DNA of 63,997 nucleotides, filler included, from Malassezia furfur (Eukaryota): the NCBI GenBank assembly GCA_052055015.1. It is 24 parts of 24 records of this genome, joined end to end, with 100 filler letters (N's around TTAATTAATTAA, not from the genome) between each part and the next. Parts side by side here need not be neighbours in the genome. Positions count along the whole stretch, not along the records: positions 56,730 to 59,281 come from JBQJIT010000888.1; positions 59,382 to 61,932 come from JBQJIT010000889.1; positions 62,033 to 63,997 come from JBQJIT010001006.1; 21 more parts are not named here. One strand, 5' to 3'. A model generated the notes under the pieces. The model was not told the DNA's origin, did not search any database, and worked only from the letters and a program-made list of their open reading frames with translations. The translations under genes were made by a program, and so were the position numbers. This document shows, one piece after another, positions 58,102 to 63,997 of this stretch. Position 1 is the first letter of the stretch, and each line of letters starts with the position of its first letter.

Positions 58102-59281
58102 ATGGCCGCCGCCGGCGACGCGGTCTGGGCGCAGCTGCACGACGGCGCCGCGCGCACCCACGCACCGCGCCGCACGCTCGTCGTGCTCGGTGAGCGCGGC
58201 ACGGGCAAGTCGACGCTTCTGGACCACCTCACGGCGCGCCGCGCGCCGCCGCTCGACGGCGCCCTCGACTACGCGTACGTCGACGTGCGCGCTGCGCCGC
58301 GCGCCGACGCGCCCGACGCCGCGGCGGACGACGCCCACCTCGCGACGCACCTGTACGTGCTGCACGCCGCCGCGCCGGCCGTCGGTGCGACGCTGCCGTA
58401 CGCGTTCCCCCCGGTGCACGAGGGGCACGCGTCGCTCCACGCGCTGCGCTCGGCCGGCGCCGTCGTCGTGCTCGACGGGAGCGCGCCGTGGACGTGGGCA
58501 GCGCAGCTCGTGCAGTGGCTCGCGCTGCTGCGCACCACCATAGCCAAAGCGACCTCGCCCGCGCCCACCGAGGACCGCGCGGCGATGCAGCAGTCGCTCG
58601 CCGCGGCGCTGCCGACCGCCGACGACGCGGCGCGGGCGCGGCCGGCCAGCTCGTCGAGAACCTCGGCGTGCCGCTCGTCATCGTGCTCGCCAAGGCGGAC
58701 GCGATCGCGCGCCTCGTCGACGACCGCCGCGTGTCCGAGGCGCAGCTCGACTACGTGCAGCAGGTGGTGCGCACGGTCGCGGCGCGCTACGGCGCGGCCG
58801 TCGTGTCGACGTCGGCGGCGCGGCCCGCGTCGCTCGATGCGCTGCGCGCGTGTGTGCGCGGCGCACTGCAGCGCACGCCGGTCGGGCTCGCGGCCTCGAC
58901 CAACGACCCCGCGGCGCTCGTCGTCCCCCCCGGCTGGGACGCATGGAGCAAGATTGGCGTGCTGGACGCGTCGTTCGACGGCGCGGCGACCGCCGAGGCG
59001 TGGGCCGCGGCGCTCGAGGGCGACAGCGCATTCGCTGCCGCGTACGCGCAGCGCATGCCCGCGCCGGCCGACGACACGCCGCCGGACGCCGACGTGGTGC
59101 GTGCGGATGAGCAGGCGTTCCTGGCGCAGCTGTACACGCAGCAGCCGACACTCACCGAGCCGGCGCCCACGAGCACCGTGCCGGCCGACGACGCGCGCAA
59201 CGCGCTGGGGCCGCCGGTCGGCACCTCGACACTCGACATGCCCGCGGTCGGCCAGGCGCTCGCTGCGCAGCAGGGGGCGCC
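58102..59281 (+). CDS. dynein light intermediate chain-like (3'-partial, apparent frameshift ~58630)
   Basis: P-loop GERGTGKST, LDYAY.DV, VVLD.SAPW; second frame ENLGVPLVIVLAKAD, DYVQQVVRT.A.RYGA, VPPGWDAWSKI. Confidence 0.82.
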
Positions 59282-59381
59282 NNNNNNNNNNNNNNNNNNN
59301 NNNNNNNNNNNNNNNNNNNNNNNNNTTAATTAATTAANNNNNNNNNNNNNNNNNNNNNNNNNNNNNNNNNNNNNNNNNNNN

Positions 59382-59762
59382 GTGCTGTGCCGCACGCACA
59401 ACCCCCGCCGCCAGCGCGAAGAGGCCGCGCGGCGCGACGCGCACCTCGCGGCCGCCGTTGCGGCGCTCCCGCTCGGCACGTCCGTGCGGGTCAAGACGGG
59501 CAGCGGCGTGTGGACGAGCTGCCTACGTGCCGTCGACGCGGCGGAGCGCGTCGTGCTCGTCGACGAGGAGCCCGACGGGCCCGGCACAGCGACGGTGCGT
59601 GTGCCGTGGACCAAGCTGCAGCTCGACCATGCGAGTGCGCCGGCGCGCGACGCGCTCGCTTCCCACCGCTCGGACGCGTATGTGCTCGAATGCAAGGTGC
59701 CCGTGCGGCGCACGGAAATGAACGATACACTACATAGCGACACGCGCGCGCAGACCGCGTGA
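59382..59762 (+). CDS. C-terminus possibly of a JmjC/Rph1-type demethylase (end of PHD + Tudor-like barrel; 5'-partial)
   Basis: VLC..HNP followed by a beta-rich SH3/Tudor-like stretch; inference. Confidence 0.4.
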   Translation: MLCRTHNPRRQREEAARRDAHLAAAVAALPLGTSVRVKTGSGVWTSCLRAVDAAERVVLVDEEPDGPGTATVRVPWTKLQLDHASAPARDALASHRSDAYVLECKVPVRRTEMNDTLHSDTRAQTA

Positions 59763-59769
59763 TGCACAT

Positions 59770-60815
59770 CTATCCCTTGTGCGTCTTGAACAGCACCAAT
59801 CCGCCCAAAGCAATCGCGTAGCCGAAGAACTGCAGGCCGGTGACCGAGCTGCCGAGCAGGAACATGCTGCCGAGGATCAGCAGGATGTCCTTGAGCACGC
59901 CCGCGAGCGTGAGCGTGAGCGAGGAGGCGGCGCCGATGAGGAACACCGAGGCGATGTTCAGCCCGAACGCCACGCCCGCGTTGCTGAGCAGCACAAACGG
60001 ACCGAGCTGCGACAGCGCGGCGAACGGCGCCCAGCCCTCGGCGAACGGCAGAATGACCATGTTCAGCGCCGCGCACACGGGCGAGAAGTAGTACAGGCTC
60101 ACCAGCGGGTCCATCTTGAGGCCCTGCAGCAGCACCTGCACCATGACCAGGCGCGTGCTCTCAAAGGCGATGGCGAGCACCTGGTAGGTGAAGCCGGTCA
60201 TGTTGAACTCGGTCTCGCCGTACGACGCAAGGCACACGCCCACCGAGATCATCATCACGATGCCCGTGAGCGTGCCCGAGAGCTTCTTCAGGCCAAAGGC
60301 GAACGAGATGAGCAGCACCGCAACCGGCGTAAACGCCTTGAGCATCTGGATGAAGCTCACACTCAGCGTCAGGTACGCCATGTTGCTGAACACCAGGCTG
60401 CCCGAGAAGAGCGCGCCGATGGGCAGAATGTTGCGCGTCCAGCGCTCCGTGGTCATCTCCACATTGTTGAGGCCCTTGAGGAGCGTCGTGTAGCGTGCGA
60501 GGAGGCGCGTGCCGATCGCGGCAAATGCCATGTGGAACGTGGTGAGGAACACGGGGAAGGGGTACTTGAGGTTGTCGAGAATGTACCTGGCGTGAGTCGC
60601 GTCACCTACTTGTTGTACACGATCACGCTGCTGCTCAGCGCGATCCAAATGCCGATGATCACCGCGGGGTGCATCTTGGGCTTCGACGCGGCGGCCACCG
60701 CAGGCTGCGGCAGGCTCGTGCTCGCGTGCTCGCCCTTGGCGCCGTGCGACGATGGCCCGCCCTTTTCCGCGGGGTCTGGCTGCTGCATGGGGACACTGGT
60801 CGGGGGGTGCGACAT
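59770..60815 (-). CDS. triose-phosphate/nucleotide-sugar transporter (TPT/DMT family); intron 60587-60609
   Basis: WIALSSSVIVYNK|YIL, FPVFLTTFH, SVSFIQMLKAFTPV, MDPLVSLYYFSPVC, LTLAGVLKDILL. Confidence 0.92.
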
Positions 60816-60971
60816 GGGGTGAAAGCGATCGCGGTACGGCGCGCGTTATTCTTAATAACGCGAAAGCCGAGCGCTGCATGCCTGTCGCGCACGTGGCCAC
60901 CCGACCCGATCCGGATGCGGCGCCCGATCCCGATCGCCGTAGCAGCGCACCGTGCGCCCCCCACGCGCCCC

Positions 60972-61610
60972 TCAGGCGGCGGCGAGCGGCGTGCACGCGG
61001 ACGCGACGGCCGCCAGCGCGCGGCGCAGCGTCGCGTCGAGGTCGCCGCGGGGGCACGCGTACAGCGCGGCGTTCGCGTGGAAGAGGTAGAGGAAGACTGC
61101 GTGAGCGGCGCACCTACCATCGCATAGGGGCACGGCGGGGTCGCGCACGACGTCGCGCAGCGTCGCGACGAGGCGCGTGCGGCACCGGTTGCGCACGACG
61201 GCGTGCTTGTGCACCTGTTTCTTGCTCACGAACACGGTCGTGCGCAGGATGCGTGTGCGGTCAGGGTCGCCGGCGAGCGCGGCGCGCGCGGCGTCCGCGA
61301 GGCGCGCGTGCCGTGCGTGGTGTGTCTCGGGCTTGGGCGGCCACGGGAGCCACGGCGGGCCCAACGCGCGCGGCATCGTCGTGGCATCGTCGGGGACTGC
61401 AAGATGGAGGGGGTATAATTGCAACGTAAACAGCTCGCTTCGGAATTGCGCGGCAGGGCGGCGGCGGACGTGCGCTGCGGCGTTTGGCGGCTGCAGCGCC
61501 GAGGGGGGCAGGCGCACGACGTGTGCGCCGCGCCGGAGCGCCGTCGCCATGCGCTCGGCCATGGTACGCAGTGGAGGAGGCGTGTAGGTCGCTACGTGAA
61601 ATGGGCGCAT
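60972..61610 (-). CDS. bacterial-type RNase P protein (RnpA)-like, putative mitochondrial; probable intron 61097-61117; alternative ATGs 61562 and 61550
   Basis: VFVSKKQVHKHAVVRNRCRTRL matches the RnpA VSKK..K.AV.RNR.KRR signature; upstream RL..FRSELFTL and downstream hydrophobic strand + helix. Confidence 0.7.
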   Translation of the reverse strand: MRPFHVATYTPPPLRTMAERMATALRRGAHVVRLPPSALQPPNAAAHVRRRPAAQFRSELFTLQLYPLHLAVPDDATTMPRALGPPWLPWPPKPETHHARHARLADAARAALAGDPDRTRILRTTVFVSKKQVHKHAVVRNRCRTRLVATLRDVVRDPAVPLCDGRCAAHAVFLYLFHANAALYACPRGDLDATLRRALAAVASACTPLAAA

Positions 61611-62032
61611 TTGCTGAATCAGCACGACGAGGCCGTAGGCAGGCACACGACACCGTGGGGGGGCGTGTGCCGTGCAGGAGCGCGCGCCGTGCTGGGTGCG
61701 GGCGCGCGCTGCGCGTGTGCGCGACGTCCTTGTAGACGCCTGTGCCTGCCGAGTCCCGCGCCGTGCGCAAGGCTGCGCTGGGAGCGCCGCGGCCTGGCTG
61801 GTGCCTGGCCGGTGCCTGCGCCGTGCGATGCTGACTCATCCATTTTTGGGCGTGGTTGCCACCGTTCTTCGAATGGCCACGACCGATTCGGTGCCGAGCG
61901 TACAAGACGCTGGCGCGGCGCCGCGTGCAGATNNNNNNNNNNNNNNNNNNNNNNNNNNNNNNNNNNNNNNNNNNNNTTAATTAATTAANNNNNNNNNNNN
62001 NNNNNNNNNNNNNNNNNNNNNNNNNNNNNNNN

Positions 62033-63813
62033 CCTGCGGCGCACCATCGAAGACGCACGCGTCGCCGCGCGGGGCGCCGGCGCACGCGGTGGTGTGCGCG
62101 CGCGACGACGCGAAAGTGCCTGCGGCGCTGCGCACCGTCGTGCTGCCCGTGGACCGTGCCGTGCTTGCGCGCCTTGCCACCGAGGCACGCGCCTGGGGCG
62201 CTGCGGGCGCGCACGTCGGCGCCTTGCTGGCTCGTGGCGTGCCCGGCGAAGTGCCGTACGCCGACGCGCTCGACCCGCCGCGCCGGCTGCTGCGCGTCGT
62301 GCCCGTGCTGCAGTCGGCCGACGAGGCCTACGTCAAGCTGCGCTACCTGTTCCTCTTCACCGACGTGCTGCTCGTGGTGAAGCCCGTGCATGTGCCGACG
62401 CAGCCCGCCGAGCTCTTGGCGTTCATTCTGCAGCGGCTGCACCAGCCGCCGGACCTGTACGAGCCGTATGTACCCCTCGCTGCGCTGCCGCTGCGTACGC
62501 TGCGCCTCGGCGCCGGCGCAGCGGTGCGCGCCGTGCGCCGCGAGCGCGATCGTGCGTGCGCTGTGCGCCATGTGCGCGCGCTGCACATGCACCTTGCCGC
62601 GGCGCTGCCTTCCGCCGCGCACGAGCTGCGCGGCACAGGCGGCGCCGACGCGACGGCGTGCGCGGAGGTGCTTTTCCTCCTGCCCGAGCTCGACCGCGCG
62701 TCGGTGTCGCTCTACCTGTTCGATGCGGCGCATCGCGCGGTGCTCGATGCGTACGTCGCGCAGCACGCATTCGCCGGCGTGCCGCTCGAGGCGGCGCTGC
62801 GCATGCTGCTCGTCGACCTGCGCTTCCCTGCGCGCGTCGGCGACGTCGAGGCGCTCCTGCGCGCGTTTGCGGCGCACTGGGTACAGTGCAACCACGCCGA
62901 GCTCGCGCGCGACATGTCACGCGCGCTCGCCCTCGAGCTTGCGTGCGCGCTCGTGGCGCTCAACGACGCGCTGCACGCGCCGGACGCGCGCGCCGCGCCG
63001 GGCCTCGCGCCGCACTTTGATGCCCACGTGTCGCTCGAGCAGTTTGTGCGCACGGTGCGTGCGCACGACGTGCGCTACGCGTGGTCGGACCGCGCGGTGC
63101 ACGAGGCGTTCCTGGCGATCAAGACGCACCCGCTCGCGCAGGCGTCGGCACACGCGCCGCGGCGCATTGTGCTCGATGCCACGGCGCTTGCCGAGGGCCT
63201 CGTGGTCGGTGTGCCCTCGGCGAGCGTCGTGGTGGCGCTCGACGCGCCCGATCCCCACGTGCGCATCAAGCTGCTCGGCGACGCGCTGTACATGGACCCG
63301 CCCGTGTTGACGTTTGCGCACTCGGCCACCGCCGAGTTCACCGTGTGCAGCACCGCGCCGGGCGAGCACAACCTCGCGTTCGTGCGCGTCGGCGCGCATG
63401 CACCGCTCTACCCGCCGACCGCCGAGGCGCGCGCGCCGTGGCGCGCGCTACCACGCACGCTGCCGCTCGTCAGCGAGCGGCACACGACGCGCCCGGCACT
63501 CACACTGCACACCACGGCGCCGGACGCGCCGACAAGCACGCTGCAGCTGTATCTTGCGGACGCCGCTGCGGCGCACCACGTCGTGCGCCTCCTCGAGGAG
63601 CAGCTCGCGGCGCTCGGCGCGACCGAGGGCGATGCGCCGCGCTCGGCCGCCGAGCGCCTCGCGGACCGCGTGCTCGTCACGGGGCTCGGCATCGACGCAG
63701 GCAAGAGCGCGCGCCACGCCGCCGCGCCCGCCACGGGGCAGGCCCTCGTGCGCACCGTGCGCGAACATAGCCTGTTGCTTGGCTTGCTGGACGAGCCAAG
63801 TTTCCTGTCGTAG
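62033..63813 (+). CDS. PH + divergent Sec7-domain protein (5'-partial)
   Basis: RYLFLFTDVLLVVKP (PH); VLDAYV..HAFAGVPLEAALR.LL..LRFP, LLRAFAAHW..CN, ALVALNDALH (Sec7). Confidence 0.75.
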
Positions 63814-63816
63814 AGG

Positions 63817-63997
63817 CTATGACCCGTGCTCCTGGATCGCGAAACTGCCCGCCGCTGGTGCGGCCAGCTCGGCAAGCACGCCGTGCGACGCCCAGAACCG
63901 CAGCGCGGCGAGGGCCGCGGGGCGCTCGACCGCGAGCGCCGACGCAACGTTGTCCGCGGTGACGATCCGCGGCTGGGGGCGAGCGGGGCCTGCCCCA
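63817..63997 (-). CDS. Apc2/cullin-like C-terminal fragment (5'-partial)
   Basis: TADNVASALAVERPAALAALRFWASHGVLAE..GSFAIQEHGS* resembles the Apc2 L..W...GVL.E....F.V.E segment. Confidence 0.55.
   Translation of the reverse strand, partial: GAGPARPQPRIVTADNVASALAVERPAALAALRFWASHGVLAELAAPAAGSFAIQEHGS

Noticed and set aside
60972..61610. RnpA-like gene as bacterial contamination
   Set aside because: Same contig as an intron-containing fungal transporter, host-like GC, and a predicted spliceosomal intron
2650..62032. Regularly spaced TTAATTAATTAA repeats every ~2.7 kb (CRISPR-like or TTAA transposon sites)
   Set aside because: Always embedded in N44 flanks; artificial linker between length-sorted contigs
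1..63997. rRNA, tRNA, CRISPR arrays, transposases
   Set aside because: None recognised by eye; small ncRNAs cannot be excluded without covariance searches

Overview
Not contiguous DNA: 24 short contigs (~2.65 kb falling to ~2.55 kb, sorted by decreasing length) are joined by an artificial 100-nt spacer (N44-TTAATTAATTAA-N44), so adjacency across spacers means nothing. The content is a very compact, GC-rich fungal nuclear genome, inferred to be Malassezia-like (Ustilaginomycotina). It holds about 45 mostly partial housekeeping genes, including PDR ABC transporters, PRP46, IME4/METTL3, RLP24, PRP4, HIR1, CAB1, SEC63, NDC80, ARP4, RFC1, LTA4H, MOD5, YPT1, BRO1, RPS1, SFH1, separase, SAC3 and an NRPS fragment. 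Main observations: (1) the MOD5 tRNA isopentenyltransferase exon has no start codon of its own and is spliced in frame to the penultimate LTA4H exon, and an alternative acceptor gives the stand-alone LTA4H end (KDLEL*); (2) a nuclear gene encodes a bacterial-type RNase P protein (RnpA-like, RNR motif) with a possible mitochondrial presequence; (3) 26 predicted spliceosomal introns are only 21-33 nt, seven of them stop-free 21-mers; (4) a securin candidate. All protein identities come from motif recognition, not database searches.
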